Source: Perkinsela sp. CCAP 1560/9 (taxonomy: Eukaryota > Protista > Euglenozoa: Kinetoplastea). From it: a stretch of 64,000 nt of DNA. Where the stretch lies: NCBI GenBank assembly GCA_965644495.1, contig CBFFSA010000001.1, forward strand, positions 2,542,001 to 2,606,000, in the 5' to 3' direction. The notes under the pieces were generated by a model that ran no database searches, was not told where the DNA came from, and worked only from the letters and a program-made list of their open reading frames with translations. The position numbers and the translations under genes are program-made. Shown here piece by piece: positions 10,017 through 19,970 of this stretch (its first letter is position 1; every line of letters begins with the position of its first letter).

Positions 10017-11768
10017 ATGTTCCTCCGTAAAAAATGGGTATCTTTTAGCTTGGGAAGACCTGCCAATCGAAAACCATTAAATCTTCATTGGTCTGCAATT
10101 AAGTGTTTCGCTACTTGTTTTCGATTCTCCACGGTATGCCTGGGCTCAAAACAGCTTCAAAGTTCTCATTCAGACTGCGATCAAGTTCGGGAATACGAGA
10201 GTTCTTTAACTTCTGAGATATATACCACTGGGACTACCAATGCCTCCTTTGCGAAGCTCGATGACATTACTTCAATCGAAAAGATGAACACGGATCAGGA
10301 TGCTCTGTTGGATGTTGAGGACGAGGAATCCTGGCGCAACAAGCTCATGTTTAAATACGAGTTCACGAAGACCCCTCGACACCTTACGTGGGCGCAACTC
10401 GGTCATGAGGTCGAATGCTTGGAGATGAAAATAGATCTTGACAAGCACCGCCCGGAGGAAATCTACCGAGTCTCGTTTTGGTATCTAAATCGTCGGCAAC
10501 GTACGCGCACTCTGATCTTCCACGCGGATAACGACGCCTCCGAGAGCGAAGGTCTCACGGACTTGCTTGCCGCGATTGGGACCTGTCTGAGCCGCCCGGA
10601 AGTTCACCGCACCATTCGCTTTGACAACGGAAAAGGGGAGTACCGCGAACTGAACCTCCGCAAAACCTCTCGATACACCTCAGACGTGACCTTGGCATTC
10701 CGTCCGGAGGTGCGATACAACATGTATGAACGAGCACAGCGAGCACTCGAGGCCCAAGTCATCGCTCAGCAAATTACCGCCAGCCGACGAGAACCATGGA
10801 GTGGAGCCTCACAACAACCCCCTCTCCCAAACACTCCTCCCGCACTATCACCCCCCGCTACCCCATCCCCAACCCCACTCCGGGACTCCTCTTCTTCCCC
10901 GTCTCCCCCCTCCCCTCCATCCCCCACCCCCACTCACCACCGCCACGACCTCTGCGGTACAACGGAGCCCCCCGTCCCCCCCGCACGCCCCCCCGGCGTG
11001 TTCGGAGACGCCATGGTCTGGGGCTTCCACCCCGCTCTGATGGACCCGGAGTACCGCGACCCCCCCGACCCCCCGGGGACGTACCACCTTACGCTCTCCT
11101 CCCACGCCCTGTGCTGCGTCGTGAACCGCGCCCTCGAACGTCTCCTGGTGCGACCGCTGGGCGAGTTCTACCGCCCCAGCCGGGTGACCGCCAACGCGGT
11201 GGTCTCGGAAGGGGAGGATGTGGGGCTCTCCCACGCGGTGCGGGGGTGGTTGGGGGCGGAGGGTCGGAGGTTTCCGCATTATACCCCCCTGGAGGCGGTG
11301 CAGTCGCACTGGTTGGGTCCGGAGGCGCCGTTTCATTTAACGGCGATTATATGTCGGTTACGGAGCCTGGGGAATCTTACGCGGAAGAATCCGGAGTTGC
11401 TGTCGTGGTGGTCGGTGAGGATGCGTGATAGTGCGATGGCGTTGCGGAATTTGAGGGCGAAGATGCTGGGTGCGGGACCCTCCACATTGTTTCTCCCCGC
11501 CTCGTTTTATCCCACGATTAACCAAATGCTGCCTCGTGAGCAGCGTAAGAGGTTTAAGACGCATGTTTCGCTTGCTGGTCTCTTAGGGTACAACGATGAG
11601 ACCAAGAATCTTAGTCTTGGTTCTAAGCTGGATTGCCCAACGGCTTTACTTTCGTCCGAATTGAAGACAGAAAAGAACGTAAAAAGGAAAACTAAATCCA
11701 AAGAAAGGAGAACAAACGTGACAAAGCGTACGAGGCATTCGAAAAAGAAACTTGTGAAAAGAGGATAA
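10017..11768 (+). CDS. Hypothetical protein, possibly mitochondrial; central Pro-rich linker
   Basis: 583-aa ORF on the gene strand; basic/hydroxylated N-terminus; no family recognised. Confidence 0.7.
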   Translation: MFLRKKWVSFSLGRPANRKPLNLHWSAIKCFATCFRFSTVCLGSKQLQSSHSDCDQVREYESSLTSEIYTTGTTNASFAKLDDITSIEKMNTDQDALLDVEDEESWRNKLMFKYEFTKTPRHLTWAQLGHEVECLEMKIDLDKHRPEEIYRVSFWYLNRRQRTRTLIFHADNDASESEGLTDLLAAIGTCLSRPEVHRTIRFDNGKGEYRELNLRKTSRYTSDVTLAFRPEVRYNMYERAQRALEAQVIAQQITASRREPWSGASQQPPLPNTPPALSPPATPSPTPLRDSSSSPSPPSPPSPTPTHHRHDLCGTTEPPVPPARPPGVFGDAMVWGFHPALMDPEYRDPPDPPGTYHLTLSSHALCCVVNRALERLLVRPLGEFYRPSRVTANAVVSEGEDVGLSHAVRGWLGAEGRRFPHYTPLEAVQSHWLGPEAPFHLTAIICRLRSLGNLTRKNPELLSWWSVRMRDSAMALRNLRAKMLGAGPSTLFLPASFYPTINQMLPREQRKRFKTHVSLAGLLGYNDETKNLSLGSKLDCPTALLSSELKTEKNVKRKTKSKERRTNVTKRTRHSKKKLVKRG

Positions 11769-11928
11769 TTTTAGTTATCTTTAATTCTTTTGGCAATTCT
11801 AATACATGTTCGACGATGTACTTTAGCCGAGTTTCTCACAACTTTGTTACCTCACTAAAACCTACAACTTTTTTGCACTTTAATACACTTCCCCTTTCCT
11901 TTTTTTTGCTTCATTAACTCCATTCCCC

Positions 11929-12696
11929 ATGACCGAGGCCTTCCACAAAGCCTACCAGAGCCTACAATCCGCCAAAACCGCATACGATACCCAACTCTAC
12001 CCCGAGAGTCTGCAACACCTTCAGCACGCCCGGGTAGAGTTCCTCACCTTTCCTTCCTACTTTTCCCCCGACGCCACACACGACACCGCGTTGCAGGAAA
12101 CCCTCCTGGTCCGCGAGGCCATGGAGTACGTCTGCCTGTGTCACGCACGCACGGGGGACGTCCAGGGGTTTACACAGGGCTACCTGCAGCTCACCTCGTA
12201 CTATACGGATTTTCCGGGGACCTCCGCCTACCCCTCCGCCCGGGAGCATCTCCTCCATGGGCTCTATCTCACGGCGCTGCTGGTGGGTCGGGACGCGGTG
12301 GCGTTTCACACCGCGCTGGAGTCTCTCCCTCGCGCGGGGTTGGCCACCCCGTACGTGCAGCCGATTATCGAGCTCGAGCGTTTCCTCGCGGAGGGGAGCT
12401 ACAATAAGCTGCGGCTCGCCCAGCACGTCGTGCCGACCTCCGATTATGAGCCCTTCCTGCACATGTTGTGTGAGGCCGCGGCTCGGGAGGTGGAGGGGTA
12501 TCTTCGAGAGGCGTGGAGAGGGGGATGCAAGGGGGATGGGCTCCCGGCGTCGGGTACGGATAAGGAGGGGGTGTCCGCGGAGGCGCAAGAAAACGGGGAG
12601 AGCTTGCCAAAGAAAGTGTTGAGCGGAGAGATTAATTTTGTGCAAATGGGGCGGGACTATCTTAAAGTTGCTCATGAATTACAAAAAATTGTCTGA
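11929..12696 (+). CDS. RPN12: 26S proteasome regulatory subunit Rpn12 (PSMD8)
   Basis: FHTALESL, PIIELERFLAEGSYNKL and C-terminal AHELQKIV are typical of Rpn12. Confidence 0.88.
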   Translation: MTEAFHKAYQSLQSAKTAYDTQLYPESLQHLQHARVEFLTFPSYFSPDATHDTALQETLLVREAMEYVCLCHARTGDVQGFTQGYLQLTSYYTDFPGTSAYPSAREHLLHGLYLTALLVGRDAVAFHTALESLPRAGLATPYVQPIIELERFLAEGSYNKLRLAQHVVPTSDYEPFLHMLCEAAAREVEGYLREAWRGGCKGDGLPASGTDKEGVSAEAQENGESLPKKVLSGEINFVQMGRDYLKVAHELQKIV

Positions 12697-12988
12697 TCTT
12701 GTTTTTAGGGTTAGGGTGAGGTATTATGTGGAATGACGGATCAACAAAACTTCCGCGAAAAACACGTTGTACTTTTCGTCGTACCTTAGATCATTCATCC
12801 TATTTTGTATGGTCTTTTCTTTTGCGTATCTGTGCAAGTCTCTTTGCTCATGTCACAATTACTGTATAAGAAGACATTTTATCGTAAATATGTGCAATTC
12901 ATTATGTGTTTCAGAACTTAACCTTTGATTGGGTTGCGTGACGCAAAAGCGTGTTATCCCTTATTGGTGTGAGTAAGAAGCCCTCAAA

Positions 12989-13720
12989 ATGCTTAATAAA
13001 TTCACAGATGAAGAAATAAGTACAATGGCATACGATGTAAGTCCGTGGTATGTATCTCTAGAAGATTGCATCCTACATTCGTGGAATGTTAAAGCAATGG
13101 ACAATTTATTCTGCTGGGCTAAATACGACGGAAATTTAACTGCCCTTCTTGAGCAATCAATGGGGTCATCTTGCTACCACTTTGTACTACGACACGAAAT
13201 TTTAACTTCTGAGTTTTTTATTCGCCACATATCTCACACAAGAAGGAAAAACAACCAGGGGAATGATACATTCCAAGACGTCGTTCCCGGGTGGGTAGTT
13301 GTACCTCGCTCCTTTTACGACAGTTACAAAGGCAGCTTACTACGTACATTGGGATCACGACCTATTGGTCAAACTATTTTATACGGCACTCATCCTGATG
13401 GGAGTCCAAAATCTAACTTGTTGAGCACAAAATACGCTTGTCTATCTTGTGACTCGATACTTCGTAGGCGAGAGTTTCATCTAAATTACTTCGAAGAATT
13501 GTCAATGCAAGAAGAACAGATTTCCCCTAGGCAACGAGTACGTGATACTGCTACAGGCAGTATGGCGGAGACACGTACACAAGTACCTAATCAAGAATTT
13601 TCACACTGTACCGACCCACCGCAAATCGTGATTATTGAATATTTCTTAGGAGCACATTTGCCCACTTTTCCTATCTCTGAATCATTACACCCGGGTTGCC
13701 GCGTACCCTCTCAAGTATGA
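12989..13720 (+). CDS. Chorismate pyruvate-lyase (UbiC)-like protein
   Basis: Ordered UbiC-like motifs: W..DGNLTALLEQ, GWVVVPRS, LRTLGSRPIG..L, RRREF, IIEYFL. Confidence 0.6.
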   Translation: MLNKFTDEEISTMAYDVSPWYVSLEDCILHSWNVKAMDNLFCWAKYDGNLTALLEQSMGSSCYHFVLRHEILTSEFFIRHISHTRRKNNQGNDTFQDVVPGWVVVPRSFYDSYKGSLLRTLGSRPIGQTILYGTHPDGSPKSNLLSTKYACLSCDSILRRREFHLNYFEELSMQEEQISPRQRVRDTATGSMAETRTQVPNQEFSHCTDPPQIVIIEYFLGAHLPTFPISESLHPGCRVPSQV

Positions 13721-14066
13721 ACAATATTCGAGGATGCTTCGATAATTCTTTCAACACCACACAAACCATCTCAGAAGAATCCCCAACAATTATTTTTATC
13801 CGTTTCTGACTTTTTTGGCAGGATTAGTGAGATCTCGTTTCCCTAACGAAGAGTTTTTGTTGCCGTCTATCGTTCATAGCGACCCCCTGGTGCTCCGGTG
13901 GTCATGCGGAAAAAACTAAAAATTATGTCCCATACACCAAGAAAAAGCTGTGCGGACATCTCACATAATACAACTTTTTGACATCCCCTTGCTCTATATA
14001 TGATATAGAAATGCTCTCTATATCTGATATATCTTATATCAGGATATAATACCCTGATGAAGCAAG

Positions 14067-15848
14067 GGTCTGTTTACGGCAATAAATCAATTTACGGATA
14101 TTTCGTTTATACGGATATTTGATTTACGGACCTAAGGTTGAGCGTAAAATTGACGATTTCACTCTTTATATTAAAACTTTGTTAAAGATATTCGAAAAAC
14201 GGAATACCTGCTAGCTCAATGGAGTACAAATGTAACACATGTACAACGTAAAATATTGGTGAATTCCATTCTTTTATGCATGATGCTTTCCAAAATGCCA
14301 CCTGAGATCAACAGTTTTTCTCTCACAGAGAATGCTATTGATCCTTAATGACAAAATATTTAACTGATTTAGCCCTAGGAAATCATTAAGACCAATGAGG
14401 GGCAGTGCACACAAAATATTTTACTAGTTCAACCCTAGGGACGTGCAAATATTACCAAGCGTCTGCACACTCCCGAAACCTCATTTTTTTCACTCTAAAA
14501 TGAGCAACTTTTGGTTCAAAAACGCTCAACCTTAAGCACTTAAGGTGGATGAGCGTACATGAATAACTACCAGAGTCTAAAATGTTCTGAAGTCTACAAT
14601 AGCTCGAAGCAACTAATATCGCCCTCTCAAACACAATAATTTCATCCAAAGCGATATCAATACTCCGTGCTCCGAATGATGCATCATTCCTCACGGTGAC
14701 TTTGTCTGAAAAGTCACCGAACGCCCAAATATTTCAAAATCCTTTAAACCCCGAAGAGCCCATCGAAGAGGCCTGACGTCGACGGTTATTTCCACCACTT
14801 TCTCCCCAAGTAGTCTTACGTACTTTTTGGGATGATTCCGGGCACATTTGATGCGACCACACATTTGATCAGGCCTGATAGAAAATCATTTTGCGGCGCA
14901 AATTAGGGGTACTCTTCGTCCCAATCTAAAATGAGACCCAACTTGCCTTGAAATTTCGAACCTCTAACTAGCTAAGCCTTGTCCGAATCATTGATAGCAA
15001 AAGCAAAACATAAAAACCCCAAAATGGCAAAGGAGGCTCGAGGCGTCGCCACAATTTTCGATTTCATTATTTGAAGGGCTGCGGGTGGGGATTCGGCGCG
15101 GTCTCAGGAAATGTCACTGAATTCGAGAGCGAGATCAAGGAAATCCTTTCATTCAATCGCTTTTCATCTGCAGTGAGATCATGACCATTTTTTATAGGGT
15201 ACGAGGCAGTGCGCACAACCTAGGTACTGTATGTACCCTAGATCGGCCAAGAGCACTTCATTTCAAGCGGTTCGCTGAGCAGGTACTTAGACTGGAAACA
15301 GCGAAGTTGGGACGCCTTGACCACAACACATAAAGTAACGGTTTATTTACAGCAATAAATAACTTTACGGATATTTGGTTTACGGACAATCATTTTGAGG
15401 GTAAAATTGACGATTTCACTCTTTCTATCAAATCTTTATTCAAGATATTCGAAAAACGAAAGACCTACCAGCTCAATAGAGTACAAATGTAATACAATTT
15501 AAATATTTGTAAACTCCATTCTTTTATGCATGATGCTTTCCAAAATGCCACCTGAGATCAACAGTTTTTCTCTCACAGAGAATGCTATTGATCCTTAATG
15601 ACAAAATATTTAACTGATTTAGCCCTAGGAAATCATTAAGACCAATGAGGGGCAGTGCACACAAAATATTTTACTAGTTCAACCCTAGGGACGTGCAAAT
15701 ATTACCAAGCGTCTGCACACTCCCGAAACCTCATTTTTTTCACTCTAAAATGAGCAACTTTTGGTTCAAAAACGCTCAACCTTAAGCACTTAAGGTGGAT
15801 GAGCGTACATGAATAACTACCAGAGTCTAAAATGTTCTGAAGTCTATA
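14067..15848. repeat. Non-coding direct duplication (~0.5 kb units, 1250 bp offset)
   Basis: 14266-14596 and 15516-15846 are essentially identical; upstream 14067-14265 and ~15340-15515 are diverged copies with TTTACGGA mini-repeats. Confidence 0.9.
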
Positions 15849-15991
15849 ATGAGAGGAATTTTTAGTCTTTCACGTATTGCAAATACAGTACAAACAAAAC
15901 TCCAAAACCAGTAGTATTTCTTCAGTTTTCGAAACAAAAGCTAGTCTTATAAGATTAACGTCACTACCTTACATTTAAATTTGACTTCGAA

Positions 15992-16621
15992 ATGCGCGCT
16001 ACACGCTTTCTTCAGACATCGGAGGCGTATCCTATTGGGAATCGGCCACACTGGAGTACCTTCTGGTCGAAGAAGATTCCCACTTACCCCACTGTACATC
16101 CTGGACATCCTCTTAGAAGAGTTAATGAGCGCATGCGAAAAACACGGCGGGAGTGGGAACGCTTTCATGGGTTCGGAAACTCTCGTCTCATTCAAGGGTT
16201 ATTGCATGAAATTCCGGACTGGGACTACGCGGATGGCTGTCCGGGAACGACTACAATAGCAAATTATCACTTTCGCTACTTTAAAAATAAATTACTATTT
16301 CAAATTATACGATCCGGAGCAGCTGTGGAGCAAAGGCTTGCTGAGGATCGCATGCCGAAAATTCCGGGAACCGAAACTAGTCGGGATTGGGATCCACAGA
16401 TTCCACTCTTTTTGGAGGATGAGGACGAATCCGGTGCAGCGCCTCCTGCTAAAGCCGTAGCAATTGACATGGACGAGGTGAACGACTTACGAATGAAACC
16501 AATGCCTTTTTCCTTGGATCGCCGAAAGCAGTATTTGACACGTGAATCGATGTTGCCACGCTCACCGACACGTACCCGAAGCATGGTTGAAGATTTTAAA
16601 CCCAAAAAACCGATGGTGTAA
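15992..16621 (+). CDS. Mitochondrial ribosomal protein mL52-like
   Basis: GLLHEIPDWDYADGCPG resembles the mL52 PDWSYADGRP motif; MRATRFL N-terminus resembles a targeting peptide. Confidence 0.65.
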   Translation: MRATRFLQTSEAYPIGNRPHWSTFWSKKIPTYPTVHPGHPLRRVNERMRKTRREWERFHGFGNSRLIQGLLHEIPDWDYADGCPGTTTIANYHFRYFKNKLLFQIIRSGAAVEQRLAEDRMPKIPGTETSRDWDPQIPLFLEDEDESGAAPPAKAVAIDMDEVNDLRMKPMPFSLDRRKQYLTRESMLPRSPTRTRSMVEDFKPKKPMV

Positions 16622-16820
16622 GAAGGATGCTCTTAATCAGTACGAAACTTTCATGTCGGTTTTTCTACTGTTTTTGAATAATATCGACACGCAAGCTTTC
16701 AGTTAATCTAGTTTTCCGCATTCTTTTCATCACGAGTGCTGTTTCATAATGTCTTTCATAGTATTTTATTTGTAATTTTGCTCCGCGGCTCTTTCTTTCG
16801 TACTACTTTTTACTTTAAGA

Positions 16821-17282
16821 ATGAGAATATCAAGACGCCTACACATAGCCGTGCCAGAAACGGCCCGTGATTTGCTAGTGCACTCCAGTAGCACTGCACT
16901 ACCCGTCCTCCCGCATGCACATCGTGTCGTTCGCCTTTATCGTCAGTGGCTTAAGCTTGCTTTATTGTTTCCTCACAGCAATTTAGTGGATGTTAACGAA
17001 CACACCCAAATGAATGAAAGAGCACTGGTTATTATTAGGCAAAGATTTCGGGAAGGCATGGAGATAAAAGATCCGGACAGGATTCAGGTTCTTCTTCACG
17101 AAGCTGAGCGCTCACTAACCATGATGCGAGAGCTCAGTCAGGATTGTGCGCTGCGTCGTTTTCCGCAGCAGAAGCATCCAGACAACTTTTTTGGGTCGAC
17201 TTCAACATGGGAATTAGTTAAAAAGAATTACGTAATATACTTTAAAGAATGCATCAACCGTCTGGTAAAGAGAAAATGGTAA
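16821..17282 (+). CDS. LYR-motif (Complex1_LYR family) mitochondrial protein
   Basis: VVRLYRQWLKLA ... IRQRFREG.EIKDPDRIQVLL.EAE. Confidence 0.8.
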   Translation: MRISRRLHIAVPETARDLLVHSSSTALPVLPHAHRVVRLYRQWLKLALLFPHSNLVDVNEHTQMNERALVIIRQRFREGMEIKDPDRIQVLLHEAERSLTMMRELSQDCALRRFPQQKHPDNFFGSTSTWELVKKNYVIYFKECINRLVKRKW

Positions 17283-17534
17283 AAATATTTAGAGGAGTAT
17301 GTTCAAAGTCCGGGAATCCTATTCCCGGACATCTTCACACTTAGTTTAATTACTCTAGCTCACCTATCATACCCAGGCCTATTAATCTTTCGTTCTGTGT
17401 TTGGCGCAATATATTAATCCAAAGACCCTTCGAAGCAGCTTGGCCCCTAGAACACGTTTGTAGATGCTTCTAAATTTTACATTAATCATTTCTTTCTTTT
17501 TAATACGATTCGAAGTGCGTTGTAAGCGTTGGTA

Positions 17535-19040
17535 ATGTCTTCCGGGACGGACTACCTGGTTCACAAAAAGCGGTATCGAGACGATGAATCAAGCGACTCA
17601 AAGAAAGCTAAAGTAACGTATGAAGTTCCACAGCAATCCGCGGAAGAGGGCCACTATCACGTGGTACTGGGCCTAGATGCGGACGATCACGGGCGGTACA
17701 AAATTATATCTTATCTCGGAGAAGGCACTTTTGGTAAAGTCATCCTCGCATGGGATCGCACTCTTCGACGATTCAGTGCAATGAAGATTGTGCGCAATCT
17801 TGAAAGATATGCCAATGACGCGGGGTATGAAATTACTTATATGAAACGACTCATCCGAAACGATCCGTATGACCGATATCACATGGTGCGTTTACTTTCC
17901 TCATTTCAAAATCGAGCGGGACACGTCTGCATGGTGATGACTCGCCATGGGCCCAGCCTTCTTGAGATGATACAAGAAAAGCCACTTTCGATTAGCACGT
18001 GTGCCGAAGTTGCTTTTCAGCTTTTCGAACATTTGGAATTCCTTCACACCAAAGCACATGTCGTTCACACCGATTTAAAACCAGAAAACGTTTTGATGGA
18101 CCGGTATGAAGACAAGACAACTGCACAAGAGGCCGCACGAGAGAGTCGGAACGGGTTGGGTAATCGTATTGATCAGTCTGGATTATTTCTGATTCGTGTC
18201 TGTGACTTCGGTGGTTGCCAGGATGACAACAAGCCAGAGGGAAGGCACTCTACCATCCAAACAAGACATTATCGCGCTCCAGAAGTCATCCTTGAAACTG
18301 GATGGAGGTGTCCGGCGGACATATGGAGTGTGGGTTGTATTTTATATGAGTTAGTCACCGGACGTCTGCTGTATGACACCCACGAAAATCGTGAGCATCT
18401 TGCCATGATGCAAGCACAGCTAGGATGTGAAAATTTCCCGTTTCACAAATGGGAAAAACTTTTTCGAGACGAGCATTACCACTGGTTCACGGGCAAAGGG
18501 AAACTAGTTTGGCCTCCCACACTCAGCTCGCGTGCCTCCCCCACGGAACGAAGGGAATACGAAAGGTCACTTGAGCGTGTTGCTCGTCAGCGTCCTTTAT
18601 GTGACATGCTCTACACACGCGTACCCAATTCTGCCGTCTTGTTTGATCTCATTCGCCGTTGCATGATGTACGACCCCGCACGGCGCATTACTCCCACCGA
18701 GGCGTTGCGTCATCCATTTCTGGCAGAAGCGGCGCAGCGGTTTGCGCACGCTCGGACTCAGTTAGAAACGGTGGTCCGGGCTAGTGACACACAAGCCCAG
18801 TGTACTGTGCAGGAGAGTAAACATGGCGTTTCCGGAACGACAACTGCACAGCACGGTTGCACCACAGTGGACACTTCCCTCTCAGGTAAGATGTCACTCT
18901 CCTCCGTATCACACGCTCAGTGGGTATCTCACGGTTCAGTGACAAGCAAATCTTCTGTTGTGTATTCCTCCCATGGTTCGGGCCAAGGTGGTGTCTCATC
19001 CTACTCCCGAGTGCCAGCCATTCCCGGAAATTCCAGATAG
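17535..19040 (+). CDS. CLK/LAMMER kinase, KKT10/KKT19-like (divergent paralogue)
   Basis: VTYEVPQQSAEEGHYHVVLG pre-kinase motif, GEGTFGKV, HTDLKPEN, DFGG, TRHYRAPE, EHLAMM. Confidence 0.88.
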   Translation: MSSGTDYLVHKKRYRDDESSDSKKAKVTYEVPQQSAEEGHYHVVLGLDADDHGRYKIISYLGEGTFGKVILAWDRTLRRFSAMKIVRNLERYANDAGYEITYMKRLIRNDPYDRYHMVRLLSSFQNRAGHVCMVMTRHGPSLLEMIQEKPLSISTCAEVAFQLFEHLEFLHTKAHVVHTDLKPENVLMDRYEDKTTAQEAARESRNGLGNRIDQSGLFLIRVCDFGGCQDDNKPEGRHSTIQTRHYRAPEVILETGWRCPADIWSVGCILYELVTGRLLYDTHENREHLAMMQAQLGCENFPFHKWEKLFRDEHYHWFTGKGKLVWPPTLSSRASPTERREYERSLERVARQRPLCDMLYTRVPNSAVLFDLIRRCMMYDPARRITPTEALRHPFLAEAAQRFAHARTQLETVVRASDTQAQCTVQESKHGVSGTTTAQHGCTTVDTSLSGKMSLSSVSHAQWVSHGSVTSKSSVVYSSHGSGQGGVSSYSRVPAIPGNSR

Positions 19041-19417
19041 TGAATTTCTGATTCAAACAGACATCTCATTTTGGTAGAGAAAAAAGGTTAGAAAGTGTTT
19101 TTCAGTTTATAGTCTCAAGACAGAAAATGAACATTGTTTTTCGGTTCATAGTTCAGTTCGTAATTCACTCCTTTTTACGGTTTTTTTATTGTAGAAGGAG
19201 CGCTTTTAAATGATTTTATTGTTTACGGACAGAAAAGAGTATTGGTGCATTTCGTGTTCTTACCAGCTACTTCCTGCACAAGTAAACTGACCAAGACTCT
19301 TTCTCGCGCATCAGGTTATGCGGAACCCAAAACTTTAGAACTCACTTAGCTCGAGGTTTGATTTTCATAGAATCAACGCTTTGTACTTCATTTTAAAGTA
19401 TTTCTCACTACTAAAAC

Positions 19418-19645
19418 ATGTCTCAAGGAAATCATAAGCTTCGTCGGAAGCCTGAAAAGTCTGCAAAGAAAAAAAGTACGCATGCCGGTGCTAAAAAGAG
19501 GGTAAGTTCAAAAACTACGCTAAGAGGTAAGCTGCAGCGAACAATGCGGTCTGCGGTAGAGAGTGACTTGGCAGGAAAAATTCCACGAGCTGACAGAAGT
19601 AGACTCAAAATTGTTCACGCTTCTGTGAAACCTGAGAAGAAATAA
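19418..19645 (+). CDS. Small basic protein, DUF2462/C19orf53-like
   Basis: MSQG..K start, Lys-rich, C-terminal ...VESDLAGK...LKIV pattern. Confidence 0.55.
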   Translation: MSQGNHKLRRKPEKSAKKKSTHAGAKKRVSSKTTLRGKLQRTMRSAVESDLAGKIPRADRSRLKIVHASVKPEKK

Positions 19646-19970
19646 AACACTTTTATGATTACGTTTGCGATTACCGTAGGAAGCATTGTGAATGATATCA
19701 ATACTTACAGTGTGTACATACTAGGTCATGAAATATTTCATGTGTAGTACACCATGAGTATAGTACTAATATGAGATTAATTAGAAGACAGCGTTAATAT
19801 GAGCAGAAACGGATTTTGGTTCACGCTAACGTGGGTTCATGCAGTAAGGGAATCACTATATTGACATCTCCTAAAATTGGTTTACCTACGTGTACTTGTA
19901 CGCACACTCTGCATAATATTGTCTGTTTTTCCTAGCCCAGCGTTTTCAATCTTTTTTGTTACTTGTTATT

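Noticed and set aside
10726-12675. Long overlapping or antisense ORFs in GC-rich islands (also 43016-43708 and 51673-52758)
   Set aside because: Shadow frames caused by low stop-codon frequency in GC-rich or repetitive coding DNA.
14050-14075. Hammerhead ribozyme core (CTGATGA)
   Set aside because: No properly placed GAAA or supporting stems.
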